Of a DNA stretch of 64,000 nucleotides, positions 47,425-59,204 are shown in pieces. The DNA comes from Candidatus Sulfomarinibacteraceae bacterium (GTDB lineage Bacteria > Acidobacteriota > Thermoanaerobaculia > Thermoanaerobaculales > Sulfomarinibacteraceae): contig CAWCLO010000001.1 in NCBI GenBank assembly GCA_963796455.1, positions 167,372-231,371 of the forward strand, given 5' to 3'. A program made the position numbers and the translations under genes. The first letter of the stretch is position 1, and each line of letters starts with the position of its first letter. The notes beneath the pieces are model-generated. The model did not search any database and was not told the origin of the DNA. It saw nothing but the letters and a program-made list of their open reading frames with translations.

Positions 47425-48444
47425 ATGCAAGCACCCTCGACGCTCTCAAACGACGAATTCACACACAGCCAGGCGAGAGAGGTGTTGCGTTGCTGGCGAG
47501 TGAGCCCGCACGAGCCTGTCATCGATCTCGTACCGGGTCGCCTTTTTCGGGTGGGCGGCCACCGTGTGCTGAAGTGCGTCGAGCCCCGGCCGGTCTGGCA
47601 TGTCGCTCTCGAGTTCGATGTGCTTCGCCACCTCGAGGCCTGTGGTGTTCCCGTCGCGGTGCCCCAGGTCGCTCGGGACGGTCAAACCTTCGTGGAACAG
47701 GCCGGGCGCCAGTTCATCCTCATGCCAATGATTCCAGGCTGCGACTCCGCCGCCTCGGCGCAAGAACGGCTGCGATCGTGCGGTAGTCCCTTCGCGCGGC
47801 TGCACGCCGGCCTGGCGCGGTATCGCAACGACACATTGACTGAGAGGCTGTGGCGCAACGAGCCCCTGAAGGAGCTGACTGATTTGCGGCTGCCGGCTCT
47901 GCGCAGTGCTTTCGGGCACCAAGGCCGAGCCCGTTTCGGAGCCCTCGAGCGCGTGGTGGAAAACGAGGTGGCCGCCGACGTGATCGCTCTCCCCGAGCAA
48001 CTGATCCACCGCGATCTGCACTCCGCCAATGTCGTCTTCAGCGGTGCGGAGGTTGCCGGGATTCTGGACTGGGATCACCTCAGCCTCGGATCGATCATGA
48101 TCGACCTCGCTTACTTCTTGGTGAACTGTGCGTTGATCACGTACCACGACCAGGCGGCGACACCATCAGTTCCCGGTGGCGGACCGCCGGCCTCCTGGTT
48201 TGGCGCGGTGCGTCCGTTGCTCACCGCCTATTGTGGGGTGCGAGCTCTCTCCGATGCGGAAAGCGGCGCCCTCGCCAGCCTGATGATCTGGTCCGTCCTG
48301 ATCCTCGCCGACGAACACCGGCAGCGAGGTGAACCTCAGTTGATGCTGACCTATCTCGATCTTCTCGACGGCGTCCTGCAGGAGAGGCAGAACATTCGCG
48401 ACACCTCCTTGGCGGTCGCGGCCGCCACTCCTGACTACAACTGA
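47425..48444 (+). CDS. Phosphotransferase-family (APH / homoserine-kinase-II-like) kinase
   Basis: LIHRDLHSANVVF is the catalytic loop and GILDWD is the DxD-type motif. Start is at Met 47425. Confidence 0.75.
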   Translation: MQAPSTLSNDEFTHSQAREVLRCWRVSPHEPVIDLVPGRLFRVGGHRVLKCVEPRPVWHVALEFDVLRHLEACGVPVAVPQVARDGQTFVEQAGRQFILMPMIPGCDSAASAQERLRSCGSPFARLHAGLARYRNDTLTERLWRNEPLKELTDLRLPALRSAFGHQGRARFGALERVVENEVAADVIALPEQLIHRDLHSANVVFSGAEVAGILDWDHLSLGSIMIDLAYFLVNCALITYHDQAATPSVPGGGPPASWFGAVRPLLTAYCGVRALSDAESGALASLMIWSVLILADEHRQRGEPQLMLTYLDLLDGVLQERQNIRDTSLAVAAATPDYN

Positions 48445-48687
48445 AGCTTGGCCGCCTGATAAGAGAACCACGGCTCTCGCCACCGGGGGCCATCTGAGAG
48501 CAAAACTTTCGGATTGTTGGGTCTGGCCACCAAACGAATCCTCTTTCATGGCCGTCATGTCCGTGGTAGGTTTTGACTAACCAATATGGAGACACATTCC
48601 CAAAATGTAACGAAACCAGACTCGTCGATCGGCTTGTTTGACCGCAACGTCGAACCGGCAACATAGGACTCACCTGAAGGAGGCGCG

Positions 48688-49764
48688 ATGAAGCGAGGCA
48701 CTCTATTCAACACCCTGGCGGGACTCATTTTTTTTGCCGGATTTGTATCTCCGGTCTCGGCGTACGTTCTCGATAACTTCGAATTCTCCACCGACCTGAC
48801 CGGATGGACACCCCAAAACGGCGCCTGGTCTCACGACCCTTCGATGGGTTTTCTGGGTCTCGGTGCCGCCAAGGTCACCTCTGTGGCTGGGGCCAACTCA
48901 TTGAGTCAGTGCGCCGAGTTGAAGGGCATGGCAGCAGATGATGGCCTTCGCTTTCTCGCCTTCGCCCGCGCCGAGAACCACACAAACCCCATACAGGTCA
49001 GCCTGGAGATCTTTTCGACGACTGATTGCACCGGTGGAGCCGTTGAAACTTATCACCGCCAGGTGAATTCTCCGACGATGGGTAGTTGGACTCAACTCAA
49101 CGTGGTCAACAGCCTACCTGCGGGCAGTGTCTTCAGCGTGCGGGCCTGGGTGACAACTCACGCCTCGGGCGCCGGAGAGATCACACTCTTCGACTTTGTG
49201 TCGATTACCGACAATCTCGCCCCGAACCCCGCCTTGACCGACAACCTGAGCGGTTGGATCGTGGATGGCACCTGGACTCACGTGGCCGGCGACGGCAACG
49301 GCACACCCACGGGATCGGCGGAGGTTGTTGTAGACATCCCAGATTGCGGCGCGGGAAACTCTTGCGCGTTCCTATCGCAATGCGTGAATCGCAACACTGC
49401 GCCTCGAACACCCTACTATTTTGGCAGCGCAGAATTCAAAGCCTTGGACGTGGCAGAACCTTATGTGATCTCCTTCCTCCTGTATCCGGAGGCCGGTTGC
49501 GCGGGCACCCTCGTCTCTCAGGTCAATGTGAACGCCAATGTTCAGCAGATCAATGTATGGCAGCGCTTCTCGACGAGCCTGACGGTCGCCGACGAGGTTG
49601 AGAGTTTCGCCATGTTCGTCGGCACCAACGACAGCACGCTCAACACTCGTTTCAGAATCGACTCCGTTTTCCTTGTGCCGTCGGCCCGCAACGAAGTGTT
49701 CTTCGATGGTTTCGAGTCCGGCGGCACGGCGGCCTGGTCGGCGACCGTCCCATCTCCTGGTTAA
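48688..49764 (+). CDS. Secreted protein with two carbohydrate-binding-module-like repeats and a FFDGFESGGTAAWSATVPSPG tail
   Basis: GGAGG precedes the ATG. A signal peptide is present. The repeated blocks are DNFEFSTDLTGWTPQNGAWSH and DNLAPNPALTDNLSGWIVDGTWTH. Confidence 0.65.
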   Translation: MKRGTLFNTLAGLIFFAGFVSPVSAYVLDNFEFSTDLTGWTPQNGAWSHDPSMGFLGLGAAKVTSVAGANSLSQCAELKGMAADDGLRFLAFARAENHTNPIQVSLEIFSTTDCTGGAVETYHRQVNSPTMGSWTQLNVVNSLPAGSVFSVRAWVTTHASGAGEITLFDFVSITDNLAPNPALTDNLSGWIVDGTWTHVAGDGNGTPTGSAEVVVDIPDCGAGNSCAFLSQCVNRNTAPRTPYYFGSAEFKALDVAEPYVISFLLYPEAGCAGTLVSQVNVNANVQQINVWQRFSTSLTVADEVESFAMFVGTNDSTLNTRFRIDSVFLVPSARNEVFFDGFESGGTAAWSATVPSPG

Positions 49765-50465
49765 ACAGGAACCGGAATGAGCGCCAGACCCACTGCGGCG
49801 TGGGCGTGGAGGAGAGTCGTGTCGAACAGGGGGATGTTCCCTTCATCCTGTTTCACCAGGAGGGGGATCTCCGTACATCCCAGGATGATTCCTTCAGCGC
49901 CTTGTTCGTGCAGCCGTTGAATCGTCTCCCAATAGAGCTTTTTTGACGTCGGCGAAATCACCCCGACGGTGAGTTCATCCATGATCACCCGATGGATCAT
50001 GCTCACCTCGTCATCAGTTGGAATCAAGGTTTCGATCCCGTGCTTTTCCTGCAGCCTGCGCCGATAAAAATCTTGAGTCATGGTGAAGCGGGTGCCGAGC
50101 AATCCAACCGTGTGGAGCCCCTTCGCTTTGATGGACTCAGCCGTCACATCGACGATATTCAGAATCGGGATTTCGATTCGGCCGGCAATCTGATCCGCCA
50201 TCTTGTGCATCGTGTTCGTGCAGATCACCAGAAAATCGGCCCCACCCCGCTGCACCCTGAGAGATCCTTCGATCAGGCGCTCCAGCACCAGATCCCACCG
50301 TTCTGCCTCCATCAAGGGTTGAACTTCCCCGAAATCAACCGAGAACATCAGTGATTGGGCCGAGTGGATTCCGCCGACCCGTTTTCGGTACTCTTCGTTG
50401 ATGAGCCGGTAGTACTCAACCGAAGACTCGCACGTCATTCCGCCAAGGAGACCTATTGTCTTCAT
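49761..50465 (-). CDS. Aspartate/glutamate racemase family protein
   Basis: Motifs are MKTIGLLGGMTCESS, ICTNTMH and ILGCTEIPLL (the two catalytic Cys regions). Confidence 0.85.
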   Translation of the reverse strand: MKTIGLLGGMTCESSVEYYRLINEEYRKRVGGIHSAQSLMFSVDFGEVQPLMEAERWDLVLERLIEGSLRVQRGGADFLVICTNTMHKMADQIAGRIEIPILNIVDVTAESIKAKGLHTVGLLGTRFTMTQDFYRRRLQEKHGIETLIPTDDEVSMIHRVIMDELTVGVISPTSKKLYWETIQRLHEQGAEGIILGCTEIPLLVKQDEGNIPLFDTTLLHAHAAVGLALIPVPV

Positions 50466-50511
50466 CTGATACTATCTCCGGAATATGGCATGTGCCAGGC
50501 TCGACGAACAT

Positions 50512-52791
<2,280 letters not shown>

Positions 52792-52983
52792 ACCAACTCC
52801 CCCGTGTCGATCCTAACCCGGCAGAGCTCTTGGCGGACGGGGTGCTTCCTAAAAAATTGTTTAGAGGCGCCCTTCATCCGGGCATTGAAACCGGGCGGTC
52901 GATTGCACAGGCTCAAAGACTGGAAGACGGAGAGCCGGCGCAACAATGACAAGGCCACCGCAGCCGGAAACGCGAACCCGCCC

Positions 52984-53040
52984 TTGACAACTTCGAGCCC
53001 AGAATGTACTAGTATACTATGACAATAGTTCACTAGTACA
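52984..53040 (+). promoter_or_regulatory. Candidate promoter (-35 TTGACA) and inverted-repeat operator upstream of the GntR gene
   Basis: TTGACA lies at 52984-52989. TGTACTAGT (53005-53013) pairs with ACTAGTACA (53032-53040), with an 18-nt spacer. The -10 element is unclear. Confidence 0.4.
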
Positions 53041-53060
53041 CTGGAACAAAGGAGAGTCTG

Positions 53061-53438
53061 TTGCCCATCACCATCCAAATCGACCTCAAGAGCGGCGTTC
53101 CCTTCTACCGCCAGGTCATCGACCAGGTGAAGGCCGCAATCGCCACCGGCTCGGTCGGACCGGGTGACCGGCTCCCGACAGTTCGTCAGCTCGCCGTCGA
53201 TCTCTCGATCAACCCAAACACAGTGAGCCGCGCCTACACCGAGCTCGAGCTGACCGGTCTCGTCGAGACTCAGATGGGATCCGGCACCTTTGTCGGGCAG
53301 CTACCGGTTGAAGAAGACGACGTGGAACGGCGGCGGCAGCTCGATCAACTGTGCCAGGAATTCCTCTCTCGGGTCTCGAGCCACGGTTTCACGCTCGGCG
53401 ACGTTCTGACGAATCTGAAACGGCGCCAACAACGCTGA
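53061..53438 (+). CDS. GntR family (YtrA-like, short) transcriptional regulator
   Basis: AAAGGAGAG precedes the TTG start. The winged HTH is PFYRQVIDQVKAAIATGSVGPGDRLPTVRQLAVDLSINPNTVSRAYTELE. Confidence 0.85.
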   Translation: MPITIQIDLKSGVPFYRQVIDQVKAAIATGSVGPGDRLPTVRQLAVDLSINPNTVSRAYTELELTGLVETQMGSGTFVGQLPVEEDDVERRRQLDQLCQEFLSRVSSHGFTLGDVLTNLKRRQQR

Positions 53439-53453
53439 GAAAAGGAGCGCATC

Positions 53454-54653
53454 ATGAAAAGACCGAGTCATACCAACCTCGATACGCTGGAGCGATTCGC
53501 AACCTCGTTTCGGGCCGACTATCGCTTCGCGCCGCTCAACATCATGATTCTGGTAGCGCTGTGCCTGCTGGGTCTGGTGATTCACCTCGCGGTCTCACCC
53601 TTCAACCTGGACGCGGTGATCACCATGATCGGCACTGCCGTCGTTCTCGCCACAATCTTTCGCCTTGTGCAAATATGGGAGTCGGTCCTGGTCTCGACCA
53701 CAGGCGCTGCGCTCTTCATCTATCTGCAGCACCGGCCCGATGCTTGGATCCTGGTCACGGCGGTCGTCGCTGCCGGTCTCCTCAGCCCGTGTATTCAGAT
53801 GGCCTACCAATGGGAAAAGGCCGTGGTCCTGCGATTCGGCCGATTCAAGGGCCTCAAGGGATCGGGGCTCTTCACCGTCTTTCCAATCATCGACAAAGTC
53901 GCCAATTACGTCGATCAGCGGATCCGGGTCACCGATTTCAGGGCCGAGACGACCCTGACAAAGGACACGGTGCCGGTCAATGTCGATGCCATCGCCTTCT
54001 GGATGGTTTGGGACGCCGAAAAGGCCGTCCTCGAGGTGGAAGATTTTGACTCCGCGATCAGTCTCTCCGCGCAGACCGGCCTCCGTGACGCCATCGGCCG
54101 CCATGAACTCGGGGACATGCTTTCGCAGCGTGACCGGCTGGGCAAGGAGATCCAGCAAGTCCTCGACGGCAAGACCAACGCCTGGGGCATCACCGTCCAG
54201 TCGGTGGAGATCCGCGACATCATCATTCCCAAGGAACTCGAAGACGCCATGAGCCGGCAGGCGCAGGCGGAACGGGAGCGCCAATCGCGGATCATTCTCT
54301 CGAAGGCCGAAGAAGAGATCGCTGAGAGCTTTTCAAAGGCTTCCGAACACTACAAGCACAACCAGGCGGCCCTCCACCTTCGAGCCATGAACATGGTCTT
54401 CGAGGGCCTCAAACAAAAGGGCTCGATGATCATCGTGCCATCGACCGCGGTGGAGACCATGGGGCTGGGGGCGATGGGTGGGCTGACCGCCTTCGACCAG
54501 ATCATCGAGTCGGACGAGAGCGAAGACGAGGAAGTCGAAGGGCTGAGGAGGCGCATCATGTGGGTCGACGACGGACCATCTGCCCGATCGACGTGGGTTG
54601 CCGGTCTCATGCTGCTGCTCGTGCTGGCTGCTGTGGCTCTGCTGTCGACGTAG
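53454..54653 (+). CDS. SPFH/Band-7 (stomatin/slipin-like) membrane protein with an extended multi-TM N-terminus
   Basis: Motifs are EKAVVLRFGRFKGLKGSGLFTVFPIIDKV, VDAIAFWMV and VEIRDIIIPKELEDAMSRQAQAERE. Confidence 0.85.
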   Translation: MKRPSHTNLDTLERFATSFRADYRFAPLNIMILVALCLLGLVIHLAVSPFNLDAVITMIGTAVVLATIFRLVQIWESVLVSTTGAALFIYLQHRPDAWILVTAVVAAGLLSPCIQMAYQWEKAVVLRFGRFKGLKGSGLFTVFPIIDKVANYVDQRIRVTDFRAETTLTKDTVPVNVDAIAFWMVWDAEKAVLEVEDFDSAISLSAQTGLRDAIGRHELGDMLSQRDRLGKEIQQVLDGKTNAWGITVQSVEIRDIIIPKELEDAMSRQAQAERERQSRIILSKAEEEIAESFSKASEHYKHNQAALHLRAMNMVFEGLKQKGSMIIVPSTAVETMGLGAMGGLTAFDQIIESDESEDEEVEGLRRRIMWVDDGPSARSTWVAGLMLLLVLAAVALLST

Positions 54654-54737
54654 CCATCGGGAACGATGGACGAGATCGAAGCGAGATTTCGGGTCGGTCG
54701 TTCCTGACGGCCAGGAACAAAGACACGGAGGAAACCA

Positions 54738-54938
54738 ATGAACTCTCGAAGCTATTTAGCCGTCTCTGGCACTCTTTTTGGAATCGTCGCAGCCCTTCAC
54801 CTGCTGCGGGTCATCAACGGGTGGGCCGTTGTGGTCGGACCCTGGTCAGCCCCGATGGGGGTCTCGTGGTTGGGCACGATCATCCCGGCTGTTTTGTGCG
54901 TGTGGGCTTTTCGATTGGCATCGCGGATACGGGCTTGA
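54738..54938 (+). CDS. Small two-TM membrane protein
   Basis: GGAGG lies 7 nt upstream of the ATG. The two hydrophobic helices are YLAVSGTLFGIVAALHLL and WLGTIIPAVLCVWAF. Confidence 0.55.
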   Translation: MNSRSYLAVSGTLFGIVAALHLLRVINGWAVVVGPWSAPMGVSWLGTIIPAVLCVWAFRLASRIRA

Positions 54939-54983
54939 ACCAGTCGCCTCACCACTGCCACAATCTGCGACGATAATAGTCGC

Positions 54984-55592
54984 ATGAAGAGAACGTCGAT
55001 CATCATAGCGCTGGGGTTGCTCGCTTGCCTCGTCATGATTTGGTCGCGATCGGAGCAGCCGGTAGAAATGAACTCCTCGGACACACCACGACTTCCGTCC
55101 TTCGAGGTGCTCGTCGTGAAACCTCTCTCCGCACGGCCCCTCTTCGGTCTCCTTCCCGGAGGCATCTTCGGGCTCCCGCCCGATGAATTGCGGCTCGATC
55201 ACCTGAGCCCCGGCGCCGAAGTCGGCAGCGTCGAACACAATCGCCTCGAGCTCCGCGCCGAAGGCTGGGACCTCTTCATCGTGACCGACGACGAAGGTGG
55301 GGTCGCTCCAGGAACGAGTCTCCTGTTCCCTATCGAGCTCGCAGAAAGACAACTGAGCCTGCGTTGCCGACCAGCAGATAGGGCCGCTGGCTCTCTTCAA
55401 ACCACCGCGCCGCAAACTTCCGGCGAGGTGGATGGCAGCTTCGTCGTCGAGTTGGCCACCTGCGAGAATGTCGAGACGGGGAAGAACATCCCGTGGCCGC
55501 CGGCACCGCTCACCGTCCGTGGGAGCTTTGAGGGGCTGCCGCAGCGGCCCTCGCTAGAGTTCTGGCGTGGCGTTCGACTCGTCACCATCTGA
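54984..55592 (+). CDS. Hypothetical membrane-anchored or secreted protein
   Basis: The N-terminal hydrophobic segment is IIIALGLLACLVMIW. I recognise no family. It lies in the same orientation as its neighbours. Confidence 0.5.
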   Translation: MKRTSIIIALGLLACLVMIWSRSEQPVEMNSSDTPRLPSFEVLVVKPLSARPLFGLLPGGIFGLPPDELRLDHLSPGAEVGSVEHNRLELRAEGWDLFIVTDDEGGVAPGTSLLFPIELAERQLSLRCRPADRAAGSLQTTAPQTSGEVDGSFVVELATCENVETGKNIPWPPAPLTVRGSFEGLPQRPSLEFWRGVRLVTI

Positions 55593-55625
55593 AGACCGGC
55601 TCGTCGCGAGTAAGATGATGATCTC

Positions 55626-56855
55626 ATGAACCTGACCTTACGAGTGTTTCTTGCTCTGGCCGCCGGACTCATCGTGGGCGTCGTTGTCGCGGTGCTCAAT
55701 CGACCGGCATTATTCGCCGCCGTCTCCGTAGTCGAACCGGTCGGGACGCTCTGGGTCAATGGAATCCGGATGACGGTTATCCCCCTTGTCGTGTCCTTGT
55801 TGATATCGGGCATCGGCTCCGGTTCGCCGTCGCACGCGGGCAGAGTAGGCGGTCGTGCTGCGATCTGGTTCGTACTCCTCGTCACCGGCGGCGCTCTGTT
55901 CACCGCGTTGGCCGCCCCTCCCCTGCTCGCGTTGGCACCTCTCGATCCGGATGCTTTCATGTCGCTCAGAGAGTCAGCGCCATCAACGGAAATCGAGCTG
56001 CCGCCGTTTCGAGATTGGATCGTTGATCTGGTTCCATCCAACCCGGTGGCGGCGGCGGCAAAAGGTGCCATGCTACCGCTGATCGTCTTCTCGGCAATTT
56101 TCGCCCTGGCGGTCACTCGACTCAGAAAAGAGCATCGCGAAACATTGGTCAACTTCTTTACCGCCATATCGAGGGCGATGTTGGTGATCGTGGAGTGGTT
56201 GTTGTTCGTGGCCCCTGTGGGTGTCTTCTTCCTCGTTCTGCCGCTTGCGGCGCGCACTGGAATCGACCTTGTCGGGGCAATGGGTTTCTTTCTGTTGGTG
56301 GTCTGTGGGCTGATCACGATCACGCTCGTTGCTCTGTACCCGGTGGCACGCTGGTTTGGTGGCGTCTCGATGCTGCAATTCGCGCGAGCGTGCGTGAAGC
56401 CCCAGGCTGTGGGTTTCAGCACCCGATCGTCGTTGGCATCGCTGCCGGCGATGCTCGAGGCGGCCGAGCACGACCTCGGACTCGAACCCAAGGTGAGCGG
56501 CATCGTGCTACCCGTGGCCACCGCACTCTTCAAATACGCATCGCCGGTGGCACGTATCACCGGCACATTCTTTGTCGCGCGTCTGTTCGGCGTCGACCTC
56601 GGCCCAGCAGAGATCGCTGTGATTACTGCCGCAATTGCAGCGCTGAGCTTCTACTCCCCGGGCGTCCCGAGTGGCGGGCTGTTCATCATGACTCCGGTAT
56701 ACGTCGCGCTGCAGTTGCCGGTCGAAGGCATCGGCCTGCTCATCGCACTCGATCTCATTCCGGACATGTTCATCACCACCGCCAACGTGACAGCAAATAT
56801 GACCGTCGCAGTCATCCTGGGAAACCCGAGACAGCGGGCCGACGAGTGCCACTGA
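55626..56855 (+). CDS. Dicarboxylate/amino acid:cation symporter (DAACS/SDF family)
   Basis: The N-terminus FLALAAGLIVGV ... GTLWVNGIRMTVIPLVVSLLISGI and multi-TM hairpin-like regions are typical of GltP-type carriers. Confidence 0.85.
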   Translation: MNLTLRVFLALAAGLIVGVVVAVLNRPALFAAVSVVEPVGTLWVNGIRMTVIPLVVSLLISGIGSGSPSHAGRVGGRAAIWFVLLVTGGALFTALAAPPLLALAPLDPDAFMSLRESAPSTEIELPPFRDWIVDLVPSNPVAAAAKGAMLPLIVFSAIFALAVTRLRKEHRETLVNFFTAISRAMLVIVEWLLFVAPVGVFFLVLPLAARTGIDLVGAMGFFLLVVCGLITITLVALYPVARWFGGVSMLQFARACVKPQAVGFSTRSSLASLPAMLEAAEHDLGLEPKVSGIVLPVATALFKYASPVARITGTFFVARLFGVDLGPAEIAVITAAIAALSFYSPGVPSGGLFIMTPVYVALQLPVEGIGLLIALDLIPDMFITTANVTANMTVAVILGNPRQRADECH

Positions 56856-56910
56856 TGACAACCCGTAAATACCACCAAACCAGACGCCTCGAAACAACGA
56901 GGCGTCACTG

Positions 56911-57603
56911 ATGACCACAATCCATCCGATCAAGACCGGCGTCGTGCGCAACTACCTGATCGTCGAAGAGGGGGCCATCCTCATCGACTGCGGCCCTCCC
57001 GGACAGGCGAAGAATATCGAGCGACAGCTCCGACGCCTGACGACCGATCCCACCGATGTCAGGTTGATTGTTTTGACCCACAGTCACGCCGACCACGCCG
57101 GGTGCGTCAACGAGCTCCGGGAGCTCACGGGAGCCGAGGTCGTACTGGGATCGGCCGACCGCGGCTGGCTGGAGCAGGGCGTCGTCATCGTACCGACACC
57201 GACGAATTCCTGGGGCAAGTTTGTCGCCGCGATGTTCAAGGTGTTGATGTTGCCCTTCGTGCGACTCCCCGCAGCCGAAGCGGACATATTTATCGAAGAC
57301 GAAGAACTCGACCTCGCCCCGTACGGCGTCGATGGGCGCGTGCTCGCAACCCCCGGACATACGCCAGGATCGCTCACCGTCCTGCTCCATGGCGGCGACG
57401 CCATCGTGGGAGATATGGCGATGAGCGGCCCCCCCTTCGCCTGCAAACCGGGCCTGCCCTTCGCTGCGGAGGACATGGAGGCGTTGCTGAAGAGCTGGAG
57501 GGAGTTGCTGCGGCGGGGAGCGACGACCATCCATCCCGCCCACGGCAAACCTTTTCCGGCCGACGTCATGAGGGCCCTGCTGGCGGCGGAGCACGCGCTG
57601 TAG
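56911..57603 (+). CDS. MBL-fold metallo-hydrolase
   Basis: VLTHSHADHAG is the HxHxDH motif, followed by TPGHTPGS. Confidence 0.85.
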   Translation: MTTIHPIKTGVVRNYLIVEEGAILIDCGPPGQAKNIERQLRRLTTDPTDVRLIVLTHSHADHAGCVNELRELTGAEVVLGSADRGWLEQGVVIVPTPTNSWGKFVAAMFKVLMLPFVRLPAAEADIFIEDEELDLAPYGVDGRVLATPGHTPGSLTVLLHGGDAIVGDMAMSGPPFACKPGLPFAAEDMEALLKSWRELLRRGATTIHPAHGKPFPADVMRALLAAEHAL

Positions 57604-57677
57604 CGCTAGGGTTCCAATCTTCGCTTGAACGCCGTTATTGCCAAGCAAAAATTCACCCAACCCGTAGCCACTCGAAC

Positions 57678-58211
57678 TCAGAAAATGACTCCATCCGAAG
57701 TGTGGCAACGAACGAATCGGCGCCAACCGATATTTGTGCACCACGTCAGAGCCACTGAAAAAACGGCAGCGACTGCCAAGACGACCATCTTTGGACGGCC
57801 ATTCTGACTGATCGCAGAACCACACCAAAGGGCGGCCAGATAGGCGGATTGAGGAAGATGGAAAACAACAATCCGCTGAACCACACAACAGCTTCGGCGA
57901 GCACCAATTATCCGGCGAGCGTAAAGCCGAGAACATTGAGAACTGCGTGGCGACGAGCAGACCAGGGCCGTCGGATTGCGCGATCGACGGGATGCGTCTG
58001 GCAAGCTGAACGAGACGAGGGTTCCGATGCCAAAGATGATTGCTCCTGCGAGGACCACAATTGGAGCAACTACTGGAAGTGGCAAGAAGCTGACGGAACC
58101 AGCAATACTCCCTTTCCACGACGCGCACGTGAGCCAAACTCCGATGCCAACGCCGAGAGCCCCCCCGAAGACCATCCCAAACGCTTGACCAGCCTTCATG
58201 TCAGATGCCAT
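57678..58211 (-). CDS. Hypothetical membrane protein, possibly degraded
   Basis: The N-terminal part is Gly-rich TM-like (FGMVFGGALGVGIGVW, VVAPIVVLAGAIIFGIG). The rest is Arg/Cys/Ser-rich and unconvincing. Confidence 0.3.
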   Translation of the reverse strand: MASDMKAGQAFGMVFGGALGVGIGVWLTCASWKGSIAGSVSFLPLPVVAPIVVLAGAIIFGIGTLVSFSLPDASRRSRNPTALVCSSPRSSQCSRLYARRIIGARRSCCVVQRIVVFHLPQSAYLAALWCGSAISQNGRPKMVVLAVAAVFSVALTWCTNIGWRRFVRCHTSDGVIF

Positions 58212-58249
58212 TCCCCCCCATTGGTGCCTAACCGTCCTTTAAAGGTGCC

Positions 58250-59060
58250 TCAAAAGGCGCCAGGTACGGAGTTAGGGGGTTTCTCAACAAACCGACAACC
58301 ATGAAAGTGTGAACGCGGCACCCATTCCCCGTTTGGCAGCCATCGATGGGCAACAGCGATCAGCCGGGTGTGTTGATTGGTGTGGGTGTCGGGGACCCCT
58401 GAACCGTAATCTCGGCGCAAACAGTATTGCACGCAAGATCCCCGCCGCCACCCGCCTCCGATGAGCGTGAAATCGAAGCAAACCTGGTAGTAGCCGTCCC
58501 AGAAGACATATGGTTCGTTGTCTCTGATGTAAGCCCACCAGTGGGTGGTTGTGAAGAAGGGATCTGGGACGTAGCCGGTGGGTTGAACTGTCCAACAAAT
58601 GGTGGTCCAGTTACTTCGAGCGGGCGCGCGTAGCGACCGGTGAATGGTACTCGCTGTAGGTGCCGGTGTTGTTGTCCCAAAACTCTTCAGTGATCGAACA
58701 CAGTACTCATCGGCGCCGTCGGCGCATATCTCATCCAGTCGGTGTAGGCCGAACTGCGCATATTCGTGCCCCAGTCGAAGTAACGCGGGTGATGGAAGCG
58801 GTCAGCGGGTGACTATTGATGATCGTGGTTCCCATTTTTCCGGTGAAGCCCGAAGAACTGACGGCCCGCATGTTGGTTACAGCAACATTGCAGGAGGATT
58901 TACGTGGGTGGGCGTGTGGCGTTGGTTGATGTAGGGTCGACGTGATGTGGGTCGGCGTCGAGGTGCGTGGAGGAGGATCGGCGTAGCGCTCGGAATCGGG
59001 ACGACGCGGACATTCCAGTGCTGCGGACTCGAACGTCGGAGAAGATTGACGACACATCAA
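58250..59060 (-). pseudogene. Probable decayed gene of unknown family
   Basis: Retranslation of the minus strand gives protein-like stretches that lie in alternating frames without start codons. Examples are HPRYFDWGTNMRSSAYTDW, FWDNNTGTYSEYH and VPDPFFTTTHWWAYIRDNEPYVFWDGYYQVCFDFTLIGGG. One stop-free run of about 180 codons has no ATG, GTG or TTG before MQYCL. Confidence 0.3.
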
Positions 59061-59204
59061 GGGTGAAAATTGTCGTGGGATCCGACATTCACTACCAGTT
59101 TCGTTTGAGGCATCGCGCGAGCATTTGAATCGACAGAATGCGACCAGCTGACACGTCAGCGGAAAAAACGTCGGCTCTCTGATATGCTCTTCCCACCCAA
59201 AAAA

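Noticed and set aside
55397-58137. 389-aa and 410-aa minus-strand ORFs
   Set aside because: They are antisense to the DAACS transporter and the MBL-fold hydrolase. They are Ser/Arg/Ala-rich and lack structure-like patterns.
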